Origin: an uncultured Thermoleophilia bacterium
Lineage (GTDB): Bacteria > Actinomycetota > Thermoleophilia > UBA2241
DNA: 62,572 nucleotides
Assembly (NCBI GenBank): GCA_903862845.1
Contig: CAIOZS010000059.1
Coordinates: 1-62,572, forward strand
Reading direction: 5' to 3'
In this document: positions 26,182-35,200 of the stretch, piece by piece
How the letters are laid out: each line of letters begins with the position of its first letter
How positions within the stretch are numbered: the first letter of the stretch is position 1
Program-made: the position numbers and the translations under genes
Notes under the pieces: generated by a model
Databases searched by the model: none
Told to the model about the DNA's origin: nothing
The model's input: only the letters and a program-made list of their open reading frames with translations

Positions 26182-28037
26182 GGGGCGCCCTCACCCGCGG
26201 TGCCGGCGCCCGTGGCGCCGGCGAAGCTCAGGGCGCCCCGCCGGCAAACCTCGGTGCAGAGGCCGCAGCCGGTGCAGCTTCCGGCGATCGACACGGAGTC
26301 CTCGCCGCGGGCCAGCGCCGGACAGCCCACGTCGAGACAGAGGCCGCAGAGGTTGCAGCGCTCGTCGTCGATGACGATCTCGCCGGCCTTCTCGGGCACC
26401 ATCAGCACGCACGGGGCGAGGGCGACAACGACGCCCAGCCCGGGCGCATCGACCTCGGCCTTGACGGCCGCCTCGAGAACACCGTAGTCGCTCGCGTCGA
26501 CGGTGTGGCAGCGCACGCCGATGCCCTCGCAAAGCTTCTGAATATCGACCGCCGGGCCCCGGCTGCCGTCCGCCCGCAGACCCGTGCCCGGATGGCCCTG
26601 AAGCCCGGTCATGGCGGTGGTGCGGTTGTCCAGCACGATCACAAGCCCGTCGGCCGCGTTGTAGTGGGCGTCGATGAGAGGCGTGACGCCAGAATGGAAG
26701 AACGTGGAATCGCCGATCACCGCGGCGGCGGCCTTGCGCCCTAGAGCCTGGTTGAAGCCGGCCATCATGCCGATGCTGGCGCCCATGCACAGGCAGCTAT
26801 CGAGGGCGAGCAGGGGCGGCAGCGCGCCCAGGGTGTAGCAGCCGATGTCGCCCATGGGCGCGAGCCTGTGCGTCCGCAGGGCAGTGAAGACCGCGCGGTG
26901 CGTGCAGCCCGGGCAGAGCACGGGCGGGCGCACCGGCAGACCGGGGGCGGGCGGCGGATCGGCAAGGCGGGGCACCGGTGGGAAGACCGGGCGCCGGCGC
27001 CGCGGCGGCCGCCGTGAGAGAAACGGCTCGAGGGCGCGGAACACGATGTCCTGGTCGAGCTCGCCGTCCGCGGGGATCGCCTCTTTGCCCACCACCGGCA
27101 GGCCGAGGGCGCGAACCTGCTCTTCGATGAACGGGTCGAGCTCCTCGACCACGGCGACGCGCGACACCTGCCGAAACAGACGCGCGACCTTTCGATAGGG
27201 CAGCGGGTGCGACATGCCCAGCTTGAGGAACCACGCCTTGGGAAAAGCCTCACGCGCGTACGCATAAGCGACGCCCGCGGCGATGATGCCGACGTCGGCG
27301 GTGCCGGCCTCGAGCACGTTGAGCGGCGACTCCTCGGCGCGGGCGCGCAACTTCTGGAGCCGTTCGAGCACGAGCCGGTTACGCATGCGCGCGTAGTGCG
27401 GCACCATCACGTACTTGCCGATGTCGCGCGCGTAGTCGCGCGGCCCAAGCACCACCGGCACGCGCGGGATGACCTGCCCGCGACCGTGCGAGAGCCGCGT
27501 CGTGGAACGCAGCAGCACCGGAGTATCGAATTCCTCCGACAGGGCGAAGGCCTCGGCGACGAAGTCGTAGGCCTCCTGGCTGTCGGACGGCTCGAGCATG
27601 GGCACCTTGGCGAACTTGGCGTAGGCGCGGCTGTCCTGCTCGTTCTGCGAGGAGTGCATGCCGGGGTCGTCGGCGCTCACGATGACCAGCCCAGCGTTGA
27701 CGCCGGTGAGCGAGAGGGTCATGAACGGATCGGCGGCCACGTTGAGGCCCACGTGCTTCATGGTCACGATGCTGCGCACGCCGGCGAGCGAAGCCCCCAC
27801 GGCGGTCTCGAGAGCCACCTTCTCGTTGACGCACCACTCGGCGTGGATGCCGTCGAGGCGAGCGGCCGTCTGGAGGATCTCCGTGGAGGGCGTGCCCGGA
27901 TAGCCGCAGGCAAAGGCCGCCCCTGCGCGCACGGCGCCGTGAGCAATGGCTTCGTTTCCAGAGAAGAAGAGAGTCCGTTCCACGGGGCACCGATTATAGC
28001 CTGCGCCGCGGGCCGCGCCAGCGAAGCCACAACTCAA
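26178..28037 (-). CDS. iorA: Indolepyruvate:ferredoxin oxidoreductase subunit alpha
   Basis: 'FFSGNEAIAHGAVRAGAAFACGYPGTPSTEILQ', a TPP-binding 'GDSTFFHSG' region, and the C-terminal 'CNLCGLCLDVGCP' / 'CTGCGLCTEVC' ferredoxin domain. The track start is a TTG at 28037. A GTG at 27983 (VERTLFF) is an alternative. Confidence 0.9.
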   Translation of the reverse strand: MSCGFAGAARGAGYNRCPVERTLFFSGNEAIAHGAVRAGAAFACGYPGTPSTEILQTAARLDGIHAEWCVNEKVALETAVGASLAGVRSIVTMKHVGLNVAADPFMTLSLTGVNAGLVIVSADDPGMHSSQNEQDSRAYAKFAKVPMLEPSDSQEAYDFVAEAFALSEEFDTPVLLRSTTRLSHGRGQVIPRVPVVLGPRDYARDIGKYVMVPHYARMRNRLVLERLQKLRARAEESPLNVLEAGTADVGIIAAGVAYAYAREAFPKAWFLKLGMSHPLPYRKVARLFRQVSRVAVVEELDPFIEEQVRALGLPVVGKEAIPADGELDQDIVFRALEPFLSRRPPRRRRPVFPPVPRLADPPPAPGLPVRPPVLCPGCTHRAVFTALRTHRLAPMGDIGCYTLGALPPLLALDSCLCMGASIGMMAGFNQALGRKAAAAVIGDSTFFHSGVTPLIDAHYNAADGLVIVLDNRTTAMTGLQGHPGTGLRADGSRGPAVDIQKLCEGIGVRCHTVDASDYGVLEAAVKAEVDAPGLGVVVALAPCVLMVPEKAGEIVIDDERCNLCGLCLDVGCPALARGEDSVSIAGSCTGCGLCTEVCRRGALSFAGATGAGTAGEGAP

Positions 28038-28137
28038 ACCCTTGACTTGACCTTGAAGGATTCGCGCGAATCAGCGAGAATACTCGCGGCATGCAGCGCG
28101 CACCACATCCGCCACGCATGACTCGGACGGCGCCACG

Positions 28138-29124
28138 GTGAGCCGTCCGCCTCGCAGACGCCGGAGCCCGGCACTTCTGCGAGGCCGCTTCCGCACCCTC
28201 TTCTTCGCCCTCCTCACCGTCGCCGCGCTGGCACTCGGCCACTGGGAGGCTGCCGTGCCTGCGCTCCTGGGCGTGGCACTCGGCACCTACTCCGTACAAG
28301 TGGCGAGAACCCGCGACGAGGATCTGGCCCACACGTTCGCCGTCCTCGACTGGCTGCTGCTTGGCTGCACCCTCGTGTTCTCCGGCGGTGCCGAGAGCTG
28401 GCTTCTGGCCGCCGTGCCGCTGCTCGCCATGGGCCAGCTGGCCGGCGCGCCACGCAAGGAGTGGCCGTATCTTGTGGCCCCCACCCTTGTTCTGCTCATC
28501 GTCCTCGCGATCGCCGATCCATCGCTCGGCGGCAGCCGCGCCGGCGGGGTCGCCAAGATCGTCGTGCTCGCCGTCGGCGGCTGGGTCGCGGCGACCCGCC
28601 TGAAGAGAGCGCCGGCGCGCCGGCGGCGGCCGGCCCTGGTCGACGAGACCAGCGGCTTCTACACCGGCGAGCGTCTAGAGGAGCTGCTCGGCGCAGGCAT
28701 GGACGCGGCGCTCGCCGACCATCGGCCGCTGAGCGTCGTGTACTTGCGCCTGGAGCACTTCCAGGACAGCCGCGACTTCCTAGGGCCGGAGCGCAGCGAG
28801 CAGCTCGTGCGTGGCGTCGCACGGCGCATCGAGCGCCGCATGGCGATCGACGACCGGGCCTTTCGTGTGCAGGCCGACTCGTTCGTGCTGGTGCTGTCCG
28901 GCCGCACTCTGCCCGAGGCTCGTGGGCTCGCCGCCGAGGTCGCCCACGACGTGAGCTCCAATCTGATCGCCGGGCGCCGGCAGACGCTGGCCGCCGGCGC
29001 CTCGTCGTTTCCCACCATCCGCCGCATCCCGGATCTCCTGGCGGCGGCGCGGCACGAAGCCCTGTCTCCCGACGAGAGCCGAGAGGCTGCTCCGGGGGCG
29101 GTCACGCTGGCGGCCGCGCAGTGA
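28138..29124 (+). CDS. Membrane protein with a C-terminal degenerate GGDEF domain
   Basis: About 5 TM segments are followed by 'DETSGFYTGERLEELL...LSVVYLRLEHFQDSRDFLGPERSEQLVRGVARRI...RVQADSFVLVL...AAGASSFP'. This follows the GGDEF fold, but ADSF replaces GGDEF. Confidence 0.65.
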   Translation: MSRPPRRRRSPALLRGRFRTLFFALLTVAALALGHWEAAVPALLGVALGTYSVQVARTRDEDLAHTFAVLDWLLLGCTLVFSGGAESWLLAAVPLLAMGQLAGAPRKEWPYLVAPTLVLLIVLAIADPSLGGSRAGGVAKIVVLAVGGWVAATRLKRAPARRRRPALVDETSGFYTGERLEELLGAGMDAALADHRPLSVVYLRLEHFQDSRDFLGPERSEQLVRGVARRIERRMAIDDRAFRVQADSFVLVLSGRTLPEARGLAAEVAHDVSSNLIAGRRQTLAAGASSFPTIRRIPDLLAAARHEALSPDESREAAPGAVTLAAAQ

Positions 29125-29186
29125 CACGGCGGCCCTCGCAGGGGCCGCATCTTGCTACCTACCACCCGCCTCGCTAGTCTTCGTGT

Positions 29187-29486
29187 GTGGAGATCGACAT
29201 CGCCAACGAGCAGGTCCCCGAAGGGGTCGCCGTGCGCGTGCGGGTGCGGCTGTCGGGGCGCGAGAGCAGCCGGCTCTTTCTCAGCGGCGACACGCTGATC
29301 CAGCTCCCGTTCGCCGGTGCGCTCACCGCCTTTGAGGGTTCGCCGATCCTACGCACGAGCATCTTCCTCAGCGAGCTGGTCGGCTTGGCCGACGGCCTCT
29401 CGCGGGTGTTTGAGGGCGCCGCGGCGGCCGACGCCTTCGCGCTCGCCGTCCGCAGCCAGCTCGACGCAGCCTTGGAGGCACTGTGA
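29187..29486 (+). CDS. Hypothetical 99-aa protein, translationally coupled to the Roadblock gene
   Basis: GTG start and high GC3. Its stop overlaps the next start (GTGA). No family recognised. Confidence 0.5.
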   Translation: MEIDIANEQVPEGVAVRVRVRLSGRESSRLFLSGDTLIQLPFAGALTAFEGSPILRTSIFLSELVGLADGLSRVFEGAAAADAFALAVRSQLDAALEAL

Positions 29487-29824
29487 GCGACCACGCCGAC
29501 TCCCTCATCGCCAGACTGGCGCCCTACCGTAAGACGCCGGGCATCGTCGCCGCCCTGCTCATCTCGCACGACGGCTTCGTGGTGGCCGCCGACGCTCAGC
29601 CGGGCTTCGCCGCGGACGCCGTCGCCGCCCAGGTGGCCGGCGCCATCGACATGGGCGCCCGCCTGGCCGGTGAGCTCGGCCAGTCGACGGCGAAGTACAT
29701 CTCCCTCGAGTTCGACACCCTCAACGTGGTGCTGGCACCCTTCGGGGACGAGCTCCTGCTCGCGCTCGTCGGCGAGCCCAGCGCCCTGACCTGTGAGTAC
29801 CGGCTGAGCACGACCGGCGCCTGA
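29483..29824 (+). CDS. Roadblock/LC7 (MglB-like) domain protein
   Basis: 113 aa. 'GIVAALLISHDGFVVAA......AAQVAGAIDMGARLAGELG......ISLEFDTLNVVLAPFGDELLLALVG' matches the Robl_LC7 pattern. Confidence 0.8.
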   Translation: MSDHADSLIARLAPYRKTPGIVAALLISHDGFVVAADAQPGFAADAVAAQVAGAIDMGARLAGELGQSTAKYISLEFDTLNVVLAPFGDELLLALVGEPSALTCEYRLSTTGA

Positions 29825-29860
29825 CCGCGCCGGCCGGACCTACGACAGAAGGGATCTCTC

Positions 29861-30454
29861 ATGGAAGATGCGGTCGAACAACTGGAGAAGCTGGCGCGGA
29901 ACGTCGGCGAGTGCACCCGCTGCGAGGAGCTCGTCGCCTGCCGTCTCCGCGCCGTCCCCGGGGACGGCCACCCGCACTGCGCGGTGATGGTCGTCTCCCT
30001 CAGCCCCGATCTCGCGGACGAAGCAGGTGGGCGCCCCGCGGGCTCCACCCTCGTCGACGGCTTGGCCGAGTTCATGCCGGCCCTCGCCACGAGCGCCGAC
30101 AAGGTCTACGTCACGACGCTCATGAAGTGCGTACCGCGCACCGCCTGCGCCCTGCGCGCGCCTCAGAAGACAGAGCAGGATAGCTGCTACCCGTTCCTGT
30201 CCAAGGAGCTCACCATCACGACGCCACACTACGTGCTTCCCCTGGGCGAGGAGACGACGCGCTACCTGCTCGGCAGGCTCTTCAAGGATCTGCCGTACAA
30301 GAAGGGCGACTCCCTCGAGCTGCGGCTTTTCGACAACCCCGCCTTCAAGATCGTCCCGGTGGCCACGCCTGAAGAGTTGCGCGCGCGCGACGCCAAAGCG
30401 CGCAAGGAGTACGTCGAGCGGCTGCGCGTGCTGGCCCAGGTCATGGGCCTCTGA
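29861..30454 (+). CDS. Uracil-DNA glycosylase superfamily protein (family 4/5-like, divergent catalytic motifs)
   Basis: 'CTRCEEL...R..VPGDG' and 'VYVTTLMKCVP...EQDSCYPFLSKEL....P.YVLPLGEE' follow the family-4 UDG layout, including the Fe-S Cys residues. However 'VVSLSPDLADE' replaces GE(A/G)PGxxED and no HPS motif is seen. Confidence 0.65.
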   Translation: MEDAVEQLEKLARNVGECTRCEELVACRLRAVPGDGHPHCAVMVVSLSPDLADEAGGRPAGSTLVDGLAEFMPALATSADKVYVTTLMKCVPRTACALRAPQKTEQDSCYPFLSKELTITTPHYVLPLGEETTRYLLGRLFKDLPYKKGDSLELRLFDNPAFKIVPVATPEELRARDAKARKEYVERLRVLAQVMGL

Positions 30455-30459
30455 AGGAG

Positions 30460-30484
30460 GGCCCTCGCGCCGGCCGCGGGGGCC
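30460..30484. terminator. Hairpin between convergent genes (possible bidirectional terminator)
   Basis: GGCCCTCGCG-ccggc-CGCGGGGGCC forms a 10-bp stem with one mismatch. It lies between the UDG-like stop (30454) and the lipid-kinase stop (30486). There is no U-tract. Confidence 0.35.
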
Positions 30485-30485
30485 G

Positions 30486-31376
30486 TCAGGGCACGACCAC
30501 GCGCAGGGCGCGGGGCACGACGCGGCAGGTGAGCGGTAGCTTGCCCGCCACCTCGCCGTCGGTCTGGACGAGCACTTCCTTGCCTTCATCGACAGTGACA
30601 ATCTCGGCCATCTCGGTGCGGAAGTACTCGACTTTCGGGTGCTTGATGTGCGCATTGATCAGCGCGGCGGTCCAGTACCAGATGGTGCTCAGGAATGACT
30701 TGTCCTTGAGCACGCAGACGTCGAGCAGCCCGTCGCGCATGTCGGCCAGCGGCGTGATGCCGAAGCCGCCACCGTAGTTGGACGAGTTGCCGAAGACCGC
30801 AAAGTACCCTTCGACGGTGCGCTCCGCGGTGGTGACGCGGATGAGCGGCTCCTCTCTGGTGAGGTAGTTGGCAAAGCCCTGCACCGCGAAGGCCGCCTCC
30901 TTGAAAGCCTTCTTCATGATCGGGTTGAGCGAGGCGACGACGGCCGCGTCCATCCCGACGCCGGCCATGAGCCCGAAATAGCGGTCGCCGGCGAGGCCCA
31001 GGTCGATCCACGACATGGTGCCCACTTCGAGGAGCTTCACGGCGTCGGGAGGCTCCAGCGGGATGCCGAGCTCCATGGCCAGCACGTTGACCGTGCCCGT
31101 GGGCACGATGGCCAGTGGCACATCGGCGCCGGCGAGCCCGTTGATGGTCTCGTTGACGGTGCCGTCGCCGCCGATGACGCAGACGAGGTCGAGCCCGTCC
31201 TTGACAGCCTCCCGCGCGAGACGCGCAGCGTCGCCCACGCCCGCGGTCTCGCGCTTCTCGACGTCGTAGCCGAGGCCGCGCAGGGAGTCGAGGATCAGTG
31301 GCAGGTCGCGGCGATACGCGCCGCCGCCCGAGTGCGTGTTGTAGATGGCCATGAGATGCCGGCCGACGTCGCGCAT
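30486..31376 (-). CDS. Diacylglycerol kinase-family lipid kinase (YegS/BmrU/Rv2252-like)
   Basis: 'DLVCVIGGDGTVNETINGL', 'LAIVPTGTVNVLAMELGIP' and a C-terminal beta-sandwich region. An alternative ATG lies at 31352 (MAIYNTHSGGG). Confidence 0.88.
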   Translation of the reverse strand: MRDVGRHLMAIYNTHSGGGAYRRDLPLILDSLRGLGYDVEKRETAGVGDAARLAREAVKDGLDLVCVIGGDGTVNETINGLAGADVPLAIVPTGTVNVLAMELGIPLEPPDAVKLLEVGTMSWIDLGLAGDRYFGLMAGVGMDAAVVASLNPIMKKAFKEAAFAVQGFANYLTREEPLIRVTTAERTVEGYFAVFGNSSNYGGGFGITPLADMRDGLLDVCVLKDKSFLSTIWYWTAALINAHIKHPKVEYFRTEMAEIVTVDEGKEVLVQTDGEVAGKLPLTCRVVPRALRVVVP

Positions 31377-31559
31377 CAGAGGGGCCCCGGGAGGCCGCCG
31401 GCGACAAGCCGCAGGTGATCGGCCAAGCCCATCGCGGACATGCCGAGGCTGAGGGCGCGCCGGGCATGCCGGCGCGGCTCGCCCTCGGCGTGGCCACCAG
31501 GGCGTGCGGGGATGTGATTGTCGGCGATCATGCTCAGGCCTCGCGCGCCAGCTTACACC

Positions 31560-32255
31560 TCAGGCTCTCCGCAGGGCCTTGCGGCCGCGCCGGGCCAGGG
31601 CGAAGCCGAGGCCCACGCCGGCCAAGAAGCCGCCGACCTGGGCGAGAAACGCGACGCCCACGTCGGGACGGCGAAACGACAGCACGCCCTCAACGGCCTG
31701 CCACGCGAACCAGATGCCGAGCAGGATCCAGGTCGGCAGCGGGGCCACGGGGAAGATGACTCCCCGCGTGAAGACGCGCCGCACCCCGGCGCGCGGAGGC
31801 AGCACGAGATACGCGCCGAGCACGCCGGCGACGGCGCCGCCGGCGCCGATCAGCGGAGCCGTGGAACCGGGGTCGGTGAGCACCTGGGTGGCGGTGGCCA
31901 CGAGGCCGCAGGTGACGTACAGGCCGAGGAAGCGCACGCGCCCCAAGGCCTTCTCGACAGTGCTGCCGAAAATCCACAGGTACAGCATGTTGAAGATCAG
32001 GTACAGCCAGCCGCCGTGGATGAACATGCTGGTGAAGAGCGTCGCCCACCACGGCACGAGATCGCCCGGCGGCACGTCGAGGCCGTGCGCGAGCTCATAT
32101 GGGGTCGCGCCGGCCTTGGCGTAGAAGCCGCCGAGCGTCATGCCGTAGCGCGGCAGCGTGAGCGCGAAGATGAATACCGCAACGTTGAGCACGATGATGA
32201 CCAGCGTCACCAGCGGGAAGCGGCGCGTGCGGGCGTCGCCCTGCAGCGGTATCAA
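31560..32255 (-). CDS. Rhomboid-family membrane protein lacking both catalytic residues (pseudoprotease)
   Basis: 'WWATLFTSMFIHGGWLYLIFNMLYLWIFGSTVE' is the rhomboid TM2 motif. GAGGAVAGVLGAY replaces GxSGxxxG, and 'AFLAQVGGFLAG' replaces AHxGGxxxG. The start is set at the TTG at 32255 because the track ORF (to 32540) would overlap fdhA. Confidence 0.75.
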   Translation of the reverse strand: MIPLQGDARTRRFPLVTLVIIVLNVAVFIFALTLPRYGMTLGGFYAKAGATPYELAHGLDVPPGDLVPWWATLFTSMFIHGGWLYLIFNMLYLWIFGSTVEKALGRVRFLGLYVTCGLVATATQVLTDPGSTAPLIGAGGAVAGVLGAYLVLPPRAGVRRVFTRGVIFPVAPLPTWILLGIWFAWQAVEGVLSFRRPDVGVAFLAQVGGFLAGVGLGFALARRGRKALRRA

Positions 32256-32280
32256 GGCGGGCCGCCGCCGCGAGAGCCTG

Positions 32281-35200
32281 TCAGGCGGTGACCCGGCAGG
32301 CGCACACCTTGAACTCGGGGATCTTGGCCAGGGGGTCGCGGGCGGTGTTCGTGAGCCGGTTGGCCGGCGACTCCCAGAAGTGGAAGGGCACGAACACGGT
32401 CCCCGGGCGCACGCGCGCCGTGACGTTGGCCGGGATGCTGATGACGCCGCGGCGCGTCTCGACGCTGACCGCGGCGCCGTCGCTGACGCCGAGGCGCGCC
32501 GCGTCGTCCGGGTGGATCTCGGCGAACCCCGTGGGCACAAGCTCGTTGAGGCCGTCGGAGCGCCGCGTCATGGTGCCGGTGTGGTAGTGCTCGAGCAGGC
32601 GACCCGTGGTGAGCGTGAGCGGGTACTCGCCGCCGGCCACCTCTGCCGGCGGCTGGTAGGCGACCGGGAAGAACTTGCCCCGGCCACGCGTGAACCCGCC
32701 GATGTGCAGGATGGGCGTGCCGGGATGCGTCGCGTCCGGGCACGGCCAGCAGAGGCCGCCGTCGGCGTCGAGGCGCTCGTAGGTGACCCCGGCGTACGAA
32801 GGCGTGAGCGCGTTGATCTCGGCCATGATGTCCGCGGGATGGGCGTAGTCCCAGCCGCCGGCACCGCCGAGCCGGCGCGCGAGCGCGGCGATGATCGCCC
32901 AGTCGGCGCGCGCCGCGCCCGGGCTCGGGACGGCGGCGCGCACGCGCTGCACCTTACGCTCGGTGTTCGTGAAGGTGCCGTCCTTCTCGGCGAAGCTCGC
33001 CGCCGGCAGCACCACGTCGGCGAGCGCCGCCGTCTCGCTGAGGAAGATGTCCTGCACGACGAGAAAGTCGAGGCCCTCAAGCGACTGCACGACGTGCGTC
33101 TGGTCGGGGTCCGAAAGCACGGGGTTCTCGCCGACGACGTAGAGAGCGCGCACGGTGCCGGCGGCCATGCCGTCGAAGGCCTCCGTGACCCCGAGGCCGG
33201 GCTCCGCGGCCAGCTCGACGCCCCACGCCTCCGAGAACTTCTGTCGCGCGGCCGGGTCGGCGACCGCCTGATAGCCGGTGTAGACGTCGGGCAGGGCGCC
33301 CATGTCGCAGGCGCCCTGCACGTTGTTCTGGCCGCGCAGCGGGTTGACGCCCGTGCCGCGGCGGCCGAGATTGCCGGTGAGCAGCGCCAGGTTGCTCAGG
33401 GCGAGCACGTGCTCGGTGCCGTGCGAGTGCTGGGTGATGCCCATCGAGTAGAAGATGGCGCCCCTCTCCGCCGCGCCGAAGGTGCGTGCCGCTGCGCGCA
33501 GCTTGGCGGCCGGGACGCCGGCGATCTCCTCGACCAGCTCCGGCGTGTAGGCGGCGAGGACCGCGGGCAGGTCCTCGTACCCTTCGGTGCGTGCGGCGAT
33601 GAACTCCTGGTCGGCAAGGCCTTCCTCGAGGATCACATTCATGAGGCCGTTGATCACGGCCACGTTGGTGCCCGAGAGGAGCTGCAGGTGGACGTCGGCG
33701 CGGCGCGCCATGTCGATCTCGCGCGGATCGATAACGATGAGCTTGGCGCCCCGGCGCAGCGCCTGCTTGATGTGCAGGGCGCCGATGGGGTGCGCCTCGC
33801 TGGTGTTCGAGCCGATGATGAGGATGACGTCGGCCTCTTCGATGTCCTTGAACGAGTTGGTCATCGCGCCGCTGCCCAGCGACTGGCGCAGGCCGGTGAC
33901 AGTGCTCGCGTGGCAGAGCCGCGCACAGTGATCGACGTTCTGCGTACCGATGACGGCGCGCATGAACTTCTGGAACAGGTAGTTGTCCTCGTTCGTGCAG
34001 CGCGCCGACGAGAACCCGACGAGCGCGTCGGGGCCGTGCTCTGCCTTAATCGCCGCGAAACGCTCGGCGACGAGGTCAAGGGCCTCGTTCCAGGTGGCCG
34101 CAACGAGCTCGCCGTCGCGGCGGACCAGTGGCTGGGTGAGCCGGTCCGGATGCGAGATGAACTGGTAGCCGTACCGGCCCTTGACGCAGAGATTGCCCTC
34201 GCCGGCGCCCTCTCCCACCAAGGACGTCACCTGCACGACGCGGCCGCCGCTGACCTGCAGCCGGACGCTGCAGCCGCAGCCGCAGAAGGGGCAGACGGTG
34301 TCGACGGCCGCGGTGGCGCCGGCCTTGGCCGTGACGCGGCTGAGCTTGTCGAGGAGCGCACCGGTGGGGCACGCCGAGACGCAGTTGCCACACATCTCGC
34401 AGTCGGTCTCTACCATGGAGCGCCCGAATGAGGTAGTGACGAGCGAGTCGAAACCGCGCTCGCCGAAATCCAGGACGTTGCACTGCTGCACTTCGCGGCA
34501 GACCGACACGCAGCGCCCGCAGAGGATGCAGCGGTTGGGATCGTAGGCGATGAACGGCGTGTCCTCGCGAGCCTCGTAGCCGCGTGCCGCGGTGCCCTGG
34601 AAGCGGTTGGCGAACACCTCGTGGTCGATGCTGTGGCGCTGCAGGTCGCACTTGCCGTTGGCCTCGCAGCCGCACTGCAGGCACAGGTCGGCGCCGCGCA
34701 CCGCCTCTTCCTCGGGGAAGCCGAGCTCGATCTGCGAGAAGTTTGTCCGGCGGTCCTCGGGCCAGAGCTTGGGCATGTGCGCCGGCGGGCTCACGGCGGC
34801 GATGCCGGCATTGATGTCGATGAACACGGGCGGCACCTCGGCCATGCGGCGCACGCCCGGCTCGATGCCTGCCTTTGCCTCCAGCGCTTCCACGAAGGGC
34901 GTGCGGCGCAGATCGTGCAGCTGCCTCGAGACCGCCGGCATGTCTTCGCCGCGCAGAAACGCGTCGATGCTCCAGGCGGCCTTCTTGCCCTGAGCGACGG
35001 CCTGGATCACCGTCTGCGCGCCGAGCACGGCATCGCCGCCGGCGAAGACCTTGGGGTCGGCCGTCTGCAGGGTCCAGTCGTCGACCGCGAGCGTGCGCCA
35101 GCGCGTGTGCGCCAGACCCTCAGCCTCTCCGGCGCCATCGAGCTTGGGGTACTGGCCGATGGCGCTGATCACCTGGTCGCATTCGACGACGAACTCCGAG

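Noticed and set aside
32256-32540. Upstream extension of the rhomboid ORF into fdhA
   Set aside because: It would overlap the last ~85 codons of fdhA. The rhomboid core begins after the TTG at 32255.
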